In this document: positions 36,278 to 46,747 of the stretch, piece by piece
Layout of the letters: each line of letters starts with the position of its first letter
Position numbering within the stretch: the stretch's first letter is position 1
NCBI GenBank assembly: GCA_030704615.1
Contig: CM060734.1
Coordinates: 62,310,001 to 62,374,000, forward strand
DNA from: Takakia lepidozioides
Taxonomy: Eukaryota > Plantae > Bryophyta
DNA length: 64,000 nt
Direction of reading: 5' to 3'
Program-made: the position numbers and the translations under genes
The notes under the pieces: model-generated
The model's input: only the letters and a program-made list of their open reading frames with translations
Databases searched by the model: none
Told to the model about the DNA's origin: nothing

Positions 36278-37370
36278 GCGACCGCCAGTAATGGCGGTCG
36301 TTTCATTTTTATTTTCAAAACAATTAAAATAAAAACGACCGCCACAAATGGCGGTCGCTCCATTTTCAACAAAATTTAAATAAAAGCGACCGCCATTAGT
36401 GGCGGTCGCTGCAATTACAAAAAACAACAATACCGGCGACCGCCCCTAATGGCGGTCGCTCGATTTTTCTCCAAAAAACAAAAAAGCGACCGCCAGTAAC
36501 GGCGGTCGCTTCATTTAAAAAATAATTAAAATAAGAGCGACCGCCATGTATATCCCCCCTCCCTCATTCCTTGCTCCACGCGCAGAACAGACCTCGTAGA
36601 AGCGACCGCCACCTTCGCAGTCACTCCATTTTAAAAAAAAAAACGACCGCCAGTAATGGCGGTCGCTGCATTTTTAAAAATAACCATTACAGCGACCGCC
36701 AGAAATGGCGATCGATGCATATTGTAAAAACAAAAACTGCCAGTAATGGAAGTGAGTGGAAAATGACTGGGAGCTTATATGCCCCCCCCGCCCCATTCCT
36801 CAGTCCACGCGCAGGACAAACCTTGTAGAAACGACCGTCACCTTGGCGGTCGCTCCATTTAAATACAAAAAAAAACGACCACCACAAATGGCGGTCGCTC
36901 CATTTCGCCAAACCAAAAAATAAAAATAAAAATTGCATTTAAAGAAAAACAATTACAGCGACCCCCAGTAATGGCGGTCGCTGCATTTATAAAAACAAAA
37001 AAAAACTTCAAGCGACCGCCTGTAATGGAAGTGAGGGGAGAATGAGTCGGAGCTTATATGCCCCCCTCCCCCCGCCTCACTCCTCGCTCCAGGCACAGGG
37101 CACACTTCGTAGAAGCGACCGCCACCTTGGCGGTCGCTCTATTTAAAAATCCCAAAAAAATGATTGCAAAATATGGCGGTCAATCCATTTTCCAAAATTA
37201 AAAAAACAACCGACCGCCACTATTGGCGGTCGCTGGATTTTCAGAAAAAATAGAAATTAAAGCGACCACCAGTAATTTTACGAAGAAATAAAAGACGATC
37301 GCTATTATATCGCGTTCACTGTATTTACAAAGAATAAAAAATAAATGTGACCGTCAGTGATGCCGGTCGC
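36278..37370. repeat. Array of GCGACCGCC-N-GGCGGTCGC palindromes on the 3' side of hAT copy 2
   Basis: More than 15 units; a higher-order block recurs at ~36545, 36775 and 37052. Confidence 0.92.
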
Positions 37371-37723
37371 TGCATTAAAATAAAAATATGCAGAGTTGGA
37401 AGCATGGCACAATTGTTCTCCATTCCACAAGCAAATCACCGAGCACAAACATGAGCAAGTGACAGTGCCTTTGGCCGACATTTTGGCTGGTATACACATG
37501 GGCAACATCTTTTATTTTTCAACACATACACAACACCAATACAAATACTCATAGTGACAATGATCACACTGGTATTACTTCACTACAGAAATATAAACAT
37601 ATCCACTAAAATGTGCTGATGCATGCCTACAGCTGTTTTGCTTCAATTCCTTCTACTGCTTCGAGACGAAGAAGATTCTAATCATAATGCTCCGATGGGT
37701 TGAAAATCCAGGTCACCCTCGAC

Positions 37724-40670
37724 TTAACCACCATTGTCATGATCAGTGCTGGAATCGTCCTCCCTATCCGACCTCATATGTCCAGGCCTTTGGATCTGCA
37801 AGCAATCTGGAACCACATTTAGTTCTTTCTCTAAGGTCGCCTCCCACTCCGATCTTGAATACCATCCACGGTATCTGGTCTGTTTGTGGGCCAATCGCCT
37901 ACAAAATGTTTGATTGTTTTTGTCGTTTATGGACTTGGGACGCAATCGAAGGTGGTCTCGAATGAGGTACCGGAGGGGGGTCTGCCCGAGATGGACCGGC
38001 ATTAGATGGTCCGGCATGTGAGGAACCACGGGTTTGTTCCGCAACACGTCGGTTAAGGTGGAATTGTAGTGGTAGGTTATCATCATCTGAGGCTTCAATT
38101 TCCGCTCGGTCCAATGCAGCAGAATGATGCGTGCGTGTGGAAAACAGATCAACCCTGTTGCTCTTTAATGCCCGCTGTGTTGATGGGGAGCTGGATCGGT
38201 TTTGCCATTGTGGTGGAGCTGGTCGTATCGGTGAGGCATGATCCCGTCCCGTCAACTTTACAATGGGTTCGACACCATCGTTTGTATGAACAGGGTTGCG
38301 TACGTCGATTGGTCCTTGAAGTACATCACCCCTAAGCTCCATTGGGGCACTACCGGTGGCTTCAGCGTGTAGTGGGGGGCGAGGGTCGACCCCAACTTCA
38401 TTTTGAGGACCATGTTCTGGGGATGACACAATTGCAACTTCACCTTCATCTGCGATACGCACTGCTTCAATGAGGTCATCAAAGGTCAGCTAGATATAAG
38501 CATCACCCTCTGTGAACGCAAACGGGTCATACGCATTTTCGGGTGCATCATCGGATCCATCTTCACTATCGGAGCAGATGATTCTCTCTGAGATGATTAT
38601 CTCTGAGACTCAGTATCGTCACTCGTCGAATCAACCTCAGAAGCAGAGTTTTCGGAATGCAAATTCATCTCATACCATGCTGCAGCATCATCCACTGCCC
38701 TCTCACGTAACAGTCGGCAATTGATATACACATACACCAATTTGTCAGCCCTCGCGGGATTCAACCCCGTTGCGAATCTTGTTGTGAACAAATGAGTAAC
38801 TGCTCCAATTACGTTCGCAAGATGAGGCATAGCACACTTGAGCAAGAATACGCTTTGCAATGAGAGCCAATGTTCTTGCTCCAGCTCCAATCAGATCCCA
38901 CCATTCATGTGGTAACATATTCAGCTCTTTTGGATCCGACATGTTCTCAAAAGGGTCGCGGTGATCTGAAAAGCATTGGTACTCGGATATAGCTCTCTTT
39001 GCATGGTTCGGCGGAGCCAGTCGCATGAGCACTCGCACGAGGCCGGCCTTGGCATTAGCGTCGTCTCGAAGCATGGTATTGTCGAACAAGAATGGATTGA
39101 GCAAAGCCCCCGTACAATACAAATCCTTTCAAACCATCGAACGACGGTCGTAAAATGCATCATCAGCACTGTCCGCAAGTTCAGGTTCCAAGGAGAAGAG
39201 AAGATGCCTCAAGGATCGGAGTTGCTTCTCAAGATTTTGCATTAGTAACCATGTCTTGCCCATTACTGGTTGCTTTCCATCAAACTCCCGCAAGACGATT
39301 AGCACCGGCTCTACCATATAAACAAAGTTTTCACATTTCTTCCAGAAATCATCGCTGCGAATGTTATTTCAAACTTTTCAACTTTTGCCCAATGACTTGG
39401 CTTTTCTGGAGTCTCGCAATGTCCGTATGTACGCATCCCATTGATGATCAATGATGGTGTGCTCCAAACTGCTCTTCACCGTCACCAACCGATCCACCAT
39501 CAAGAAGTTAGTGACAAAACGAGTTTCGCCTGGATTGCGGAGGCTGTATTTGGGTTCGTGCTTCCTATATATTGCCAAAGGGATGTGGTGTGTGCGGATG
39601 AACGACACAACAGTCTTCGCTCGCTTGACAAGTTTTTTTACCCACTGTTCTTTATCCCAATCTTCCAAAAAGAGGTCAAGGATATGAGCAGCACAACCTT
39701 GAGAGTACATATGGGGATAACGTGCCAACAATATGTCTGCAGTGTTTCTCATGTTAGCGACATTGTCTGTGCATATTTGCACGATTCTATCACTTCCGGC
39801 ATGTTCGATGAAATTCGTCAATAGTTGGCATTGATAACGTCCATCTTTCTTCTCGCCGCTACTGTCGACCGATCCCAAGAATTGTTCCCCAGCTGAACAT
39901 ACGAGCATGACATTGAACAACGGTCTGTTTGTAACAGAACTCCAACCATCGGCACATATAGTGCTTCCATATTTTCTGATGCACTCGCACGTCCTATCGT
40001 TGACCTTTTGGGTAAGCTCGGTCATAATGTCTTCTAGCAATCATGTGCGGAGATTGTGATAAATTGGAGACACGTACGTGGATTTGGACTCCGAGGTTGC
40101 TCTAACGGCATAAACAAATGCCGGAAGCTTTGCCACATTAAATGGTATGTTGGTCTCGAAGAAAAACTGCGCCCATTTTTTATCCAACTGTCTTTTCGTA
40201 GACAAGTTAAGACCTTTATGCATGGATTGCTGCCGTAATCCTCTACTCCGTTGAAATGTAGGGGTACAAAGAGGTGTTGATGCAGGTGTTGCTCCGGCAC
40301 AACCCACTTGTCCAATGACACCCGAAGCCTTACAATAGTCGTCATGGGTACTAATCAGGGCATCCTGAATGGAAGATGAAGTGTTCTGCTCAGAGGTCAT
40401 GTCGAGATCCAAAGACATTGGAATATTGTCTCCACACTGGGCAAAATGGTTTTTTACCCGCATAGATGCTTTAGGGCATAAACCCACCCCAGCGCTTTTC
40501 ACACCTTTATAGCCGAGGTGAGCGAGCAACCGATCCTTACGATAAGAAAGCATTAATCCACATAGGTTGCACTCAACACTACCAGTGACATTGACAGTGT
40601 TCGGGATTGCCGTATACCAAGGGCTCCATTCCTCCCTCATTTTCACCCAATATCCACTCCCCTGAGACAT
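37724..40670 (-). pseudogene. Near full-length hAT transposase (BED finger, DUF659, hAT dimerisation domain, long acidic tail), copy 2, frameshifted
   Basis: VECNLCG...AHLG; ICADGWS; ICTDN; CAAHILDL; TRF; HEWWDLIG...LAQVCYASSCERNWSSYSFVHNKIRN...ADKLVYVYIN. Confidence 0.93.
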
Positions 40671-41074
40671 AGCGATGCAAACAACAAAAAATAGTCACCT
40701 ATAAATGAACGTGTTGTGAATGTAGAGTGCAATGCGATAGCCCAACACTTTTACACCTGTCAGCAATCCAAGTGGGTCGATGTGGGTTGTAGTGTTGAGC
40801 TTATACACAATCTGCTGAAGTGGCTTTGGTGGAAGCCACAACGGCAAAAGGTGCGTATCCTCCTCTTGGGCTACACTCTCGTTCAATGGAAGAGAATATC
40901 CAAAGCAACCTCAAGTATTTGCGCCAAAAGAAGTGATGAGCTTGGTGACCCTCATCCCTTATATATGATCCAAGAAGGATAAAAGTGAAATGAAAGTGAA
41001 ATGAATAAATGACAAACCAATAGCGCCCATCCGAAAAAAACTGTACAACCATATTTGTTGTAATTTTGAAATTA

Positions 41075-42022
41075 AGCGACCGCTAATACTACGGTCGTTA
41101 TTTTGATTTTTTATGAAAAACAAGCGACTGCCACTACTGCGGTCGCTTTTATTTCCTTTCATTTTGTGTAATATTGCGGTCACTTCTATTTTGTATATTT
41201 TTAAATTTAAACGACCGCCCGTATGGCGGTCACTATTGTTTTTTATTTCAATATATAATGCGACTGCCGGTATGGCGGTCGCTTCATTTGTTAATATATT
41301 TAAAATAAAGCGACCGCCAATATGGTGGTCGCGTTTATTTTTAATATTTATAAAAAAAAACGCAACTGCCAGTAAGGCGGTCGTTTTTAATCTTTATATT
41401 TTCAAGTTTAAGCGACGTGCAGGCTGGCGGTCGCTTAAACTTAATATATATTTTGAAATTGACGCGACCGCCGGTTTAGTGGTCACAAATATTGTATTGT
41501 TTTAAAACAAGCGACCACCGGTGTGGCGGTCGCTTTTATTTTTATACGTCGCTTGTTTTTTTTATATAATTTTAAATTTATCGACCGCCATATGGCGGTC
41601 GTTTGTTTTTTTATATATTTTTTAAATTAAGCGATCGCCCAATGGCGGTCGCTGTTTTTTTTTTTTTTGAAATTATCCGACCGCCATATTGCGGTCGCTT
41701 GTTCTGTACATATTTACAAAATTGTGCGACCGCCAATACGGCAGTCGCTTGTTTTCTTTTTTAAATTAGGCGACCGCCAATGCGACCGCTAATCTTGTTT
41801 TTGTTTTAAAATGAATTGAAGCGACCGCCAATCTTGCTTTTTTCTTATTTTAAATTTGAAGCAACCGCCAATATGGCGGTCGCTATTTCTTTTTCTATTT
41901 CGAAAAATAAAGTGACCGCTAGTGCGACCACCAATCTTGCTTTTATAAATAAATAAATTGAAGCGACCGCCAATACAGCGGTTACTATTTATTTTTTAAT
42001 TTCGAAAAACAAAGCGACCGCC
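41075..42022. repeat. Array of GCGACCGCC-N-GGCGGTCGC palindromes on the 5' side of hAT copy 2
   Basis: About 16 units with T-rich spacers. Confidence 0.92.
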
Positions 42023-42114
42023 ATATCCGGTAGACTTCTGCCAGTTGGATGAAATTAGTTCATCTGTGCCTCAACTCAATAACGCGCGATCGCACGTGGT
42101 TCTGATGTTCCTAC

Positions 42115-42352
42115 CAGTGTTGGACGGTTATGAACTTTGGCCGGTTATAACCGCCTGTTATTAGAACGGTTATATATATATATATATCCGGAGGAGGTGC
42201 AAAAATAAAAAAAATCGGATATAAACAGATCCGGCGGAGGCTAGGGGTTGAGATAACCGGCGGGCTTCCAAAACCGGCGAGCAAGTTTGGTTTTTTATTT
42301 ATTGGTATCCGGCCATGGCCTTGAAAAAGGACCCGGTTATCAATAAATAGTG
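42115..42352 (+). mobile_element. Possible truncated hAT-type MITE end interrupting the palindrome array
   Basis: Starts CAGTGTTGG; repeated CGGTTAT/ATAACCG motifs; no partner TIR found. Confidence 0.35.
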
Positions 42353-42424
42353 TCAGCATATACCTTTGCGTTGTGGGGATATCTAGAGGATATCCCCATT
42401 TTATGCTTGTGTGGGGATATACCT

Positions 42425-43055
42425 TGGCGGTCGCGTATAATTTATTGTTTTTAAAATAAAAGCGACCGCCCATATTGGCGGTCGCTTGTATTTTATTATA
42501 TTTTAAAATAAGCAACCGCCTACAATGGCGGTCGGTTGAAGTTTATTATGTTTTAAATGAAGAGACCGCCCAGATTGGCGGTCGCTCGCACTTTATTATA
42601 TTATTATTATTATATCTTCGCGATATATATTTTTTAAATTTAGCGACCGCCATTTAGCAGCGGTCGCTTATTTTTATTTGTATTCTTTAAATAAAGCGAC
42701 AGCCGTTTGGCGGTCGCTTCTTCAGTTAATTTTTGAAAAATGCAGTGACCGCCATTTGGCAGCCGTCGCTATTTTTGTTAATAAAGAATACAACGACCGC
42801 CATTTGGAGGTGGTCGCTCGATTTGAATTTGATTCTTAAATTAAACGACCGTCGTTTGGCGGTCGCTTACTTATATATTTTTTTAAATGAAGCGACCGCC
42901 ATTTAGTGGCGGTTGCTTATTTATATTTTGAATCTTGAATTAAGCGACCGCCAGTAGGCGATCGCTTATTTAATTTTTTTTTTAAAAAAGCAGCGACACA
43001 TGGCGGTCGCTCTTCTTGTTATTATAAATATAGCGATCGCCATGCGGCGGTCGCG
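42425..43055. repeat. Continuation of the GCGACCGCC/GGCGGTCGC palindrome array
   Basis: About 11 units. Confidence 0.92.
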
Positions 43056-43139
43056 TGTTTTTTTTTTTCTTAGAAATCCAGGGACCCGCCGTGTGGCGTT
43101 TTGTTTTTAATTTTTTAATCATGAAGCAGCGTCTGGTCA

Positions 43140-43332
43140 GCCACGTGGCGAGGTGCCACGGGTCAGGAAAAACGAAACAAATGGGATGGGGGGAGGTGGT
43201 TTTGAACCCTTGACCTCTCCCATATGCATGCGCATGGCGAGGTGCGACTGGCCAGTCGCGCCTTTTCAAGCATAATGCCATTTCTTTTTGTAGGGGGGGG
43301 GGGGGGGGGGGCTAGTGGGCGCCTATATAAAC
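43140..43332 (+). promoter_or_regulatory. Putative promoter of the kinase ORF (G-box GCCACGTGGC at ~43140, TATA box CCTATATAAA at ~43322)
   Basis: Motif reading only. Confidence 0.4.
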
Positions 43333-43435
43333 CATTCCCCCCTCATTTTCTGATCACTTTTGCCCCTCTTGTGGTGCAGTTCCTTGGCATCATGTAGTCA
43401 TTTCGGACTTCGTTGCTTGGTACTGCCAACGGGAG

Positions 43436-45117
43436 GTGATTATTTGGGGGGGGGAAGGTTTTGTCGGTTTTCTATTGGTTAGTCCCACATATTTGTTCAC
43501 GGTTCAATCATCGTATCACCATTTTGCCGTTTTCGAATCTCCGGCGGCCTGTTTTTTTGCAGAAAACTACGAAGACACCATCTACACGCGTTCATTGCCA
43601 TTTTCTGAGGTTTTGGACCCTGTAGTGGGCAAAGGTTTATACAATGTCGGGGGTTGTGAATTCAAGTTCTTGGGCGGGGTCGTCTGGGGGCGAAGGAAGA
43701 GAAAACGTGCCCACGAGCGACATAGTCAGGTCAACAAGTCAGACTACCCGGGACCGGATGCCTTGGATAGGGTGAACGAAGTGGTAGTGGATTATTTCAA
43801 GGGTAGGGACATGATGAGGCTGGAGAGTGCTTATGTCAGGCATGGATGGGAGGGGTTTCAGATTTTTCAGCAAAATATGGAGAGGAAAATGATAAACGCT
43901 TTGGCGGGGGCTAAGTGGACTGCGGACAGGGATAAGCCGAAGTTTAATCGGTGGATCCAAAGCAGGGCGAAAGACGTCACGTGTAATTTGAGGCAACTAA
44001 TGAAGATATGGAAGGGTAGAACAACCGAGGGTCGAGTGCCCTCCGCCGAAGCTGAGTTGATGTGGCGTGTTGAGTATTGGGCTTGTTCGGCAAGTCAGAA
44101 TTCACATCGCCGGACTAGGGTTGTCCCTTGGAAGGCGGGGTCATCGGGCGGGGGAGGCACAACTGGTCTTTATTACCTGAACTCTACTGCGAAGGTGATA
44201 GAGATTGGCCCTTATAAAGAAAGAGGATATGCTAAGGTCCGTCAGTGTAGGATTGTTGGCGATTCTAGAAAATCGGAGCGTTGGGAGCTAGCGGGAAAAA
44301 AAACCAAGTCCAAAAATCCAAAAAAGGCATTGAGACAAATATAACGACGAGTGTGTTTGGCAGTGAAGTTCCAGCATCCGGGTGTTATCTCATATTTTGC
44401 TGTGAATGCACGTGAGGTAGAGGGTTACACTCACTGGTAGAATGGAGGGACAATACGCGACATGATGAACCTTGACAGAAAATGAGGCAACGATTCGGAC
44501 AACATGATGATTTTGGAACAAAGGGGAACGGAAGCAGACTTCCAGGAATGCGATCGCTTGCTTCGTTTCCGGAAAGTGCGCAGTAAAATTGCATGGGCAC
44601 TGGTGTGCATCATGGATGCTATCCACAAGAATGGTGTCCTGCACAAAGACTTGTCCCCCGATAACATCTTGTTGCATTTTCCAGATGACACCGAGGAGAT
44701 CAAGATTGGGGTGTGTGATTGGAGCTTAGCCACCCCATTGGGCATACGCAAAGCCTCGCCGTACCAGTTTGAAAACCAAGACAACTGGACCGGCGAAAAG
44801 ATGGTGGGTGGAAAAAGATATTGCATTGGTTTTCAATGCGAATGCCACCCCCCCCCCCCCCCAAGGACATGACGTCGGAGGTCTTTGCCGTTGGGAAGAT
44901 AGCGGTACGAATAAATGGCGGCGCTCATTATAATCAAAGTATGTTCGAGGACCAATTTATGGGAGGTTGTTGGCATTCAATGCTACAAAGGTTGTATGAC
45001 AACAACAAGAATGCGAAAGTCACATTAGCCTATGTAGTACTTCGGTTCATGGGCAAGCCATTCAATTGGCCTGAGCCGAAAGACGTATATAGAACGGAGT
45101 CGACCATAGTTTCGTAG
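43436..45117 (+). pseudogene. Intronless, divergent Ser/Thr-type protein kinase with an unknown N-terminal domain; three in-frame stops and one frameshift
   Basis: GPYKERGYAKV (Gly loop), ELAGKK (VAIK), HPGVI, W*NGGTI, HKDLSPDNILL, VCDWSLA (DFG), SEVFAVGKI. Confidence 0.85.
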
Positions 45118-45185
45118 ATATGAAATTTCTGGCGATACAATGGTTCTTTTATGAAGACATAACTCAATTTTGATCGTGCATGTAA

Positions 45186-46747
45186 TAAATAAAGTCCCAT
45201 TGTAAATACTACATTGCATATGCTCGACCCTGATACTTATCATCGCAACATAAATGGTTTGTGTACTGGCTCACTGTTTATATTTGTAATGTTCTAAGGT
45301 TTCGGATAGGGTAATGAGAAAACGATGTATTAGTTCCGTAGGAGTTAGACAACAAACGTCTCCTCTCATTCAACTGTGCGAAACTACCATGAGAGACATA
45401 GATCGGAAAGTAATAGGTGCACATGCGACCTCCGAACGTTTGATATATCATACTAGGTCCAGCGAATAGTCTACTTAAACGTGCGGAGGTCGCATGTACA
45501 CCTATTACTTTTTTATCTATGCCCACTCATGGTAGTGTCGCACAGTTGAATGAGATATGGAACGTTTATTGTCTAACTTCTATGGAGCCAATATATCATT
45601 TTCTCAGTACCCTGTCAGAAACATTGAAACATTCGAAGTTCCAAAAAGTGTCACAATACATGGCCGGTTTTGTTGAAATGACATCTGTGAGGTTCGAGCG
45701 TATGCAATTTATTATTTACAACGGAACTTTATTTACTCGGAGGACCGGTACTGCTGCTAGAGCGTAACTGATGGTGCGAGTTCTCTATTGATTAGAACTG
45801 TCATAACCAATGTCAACAATCATATTTACGGTAAGGTGTTTCATGCTATTGTTGTTCTTCTAGCTGAATTCTATAGTACTCTTTTTGCTATTCCCATGTC
45901 AACGTCTTCTGAGACTGTCATGTTCAAACGGACGTATCAGCCATCCCGACAAGCTTGCAAGCTGCAGCCATGGCCCACCATAAATTGAATGAATTGGAGA
46001 TTTTGTGCGAAGTTCCTGGTTTCATGTCCGTGGTGGCTGATACAGAATTCGGAATATGACAGTCGCAGTGGACCTGATGTTGTTGGCATGGGAATAGCAA
46101 AATGATTCCTAAATAATTTAGCTACATGAACATCGGCAGTATGAAACACCTTGCAGTACATATGATTCTTGAGATTGTTTGCACGAATTATTTGTATTTG
46201 TGCTTTCAAGTGGCGAACATTTCCGCAATGGTGCGGAAGAGGTGCATTGGCCACATTAAACGGTTGATGTGATACCATTTCACAAATATATCACATCGCA
46301 TTTGTGAAAATGTATCACATGAACCGTTCTATGTGGCCTATGGGAGTCTTCGATGGGTACGAGATCAATGTGGCCTACGAAATCTACTTCCACCAACAAA
46401 CATGTGATCATTTCAGAAGCGCTAGAACTTTGAAGCGACGATGAGCAAAGTTCTTCATCCAGATGTTCAACATGTTGAGGTCTTCTGTAATGTCTCTTGC
46501 TTCGTAATGAGGTGCTTCTCTAACTCTTATTTTTCCAATGTTAATATCTTCCATCTCGAACATATCCACACATTTGTATATAAAGACTTAAAAAACCAAA
46601 TGACCATCAAAACTGGAAGTTGGGGATGAGGCTTATAAAAGTGAAGATGGTCATTTGTTTTTTTTAAGGATTTATGCACATATATGTGGATCTGTTCCAG
46701 GTGGAGAATATCAACATATTGGATAAAATGGACATAGAGAAGCGCCT
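45186..46747. repeat. Cluster of four long imperfect inverted repeats (hairpins)
   Basis: 45186-45735, 45808-46177, 46236-46351 and 46510-46747; arms aligned by eye. Confidence 0.9.

Noticed and set aside
37581-37592. CACTACAGAAAT as a CACTA terminal repeat
   Set aside because: It lies on the inner side of the array and no matching partner beyond CACTA/TAGTG was found.
32176-43055. CRISPR-like appearance of the palindrome-spacer arrays
   Set aside because: Repeats are degenerate with variable loops, spacers are low-complexity A/T runs, there are no cas genes and the context is eukaryotic TE DNA.
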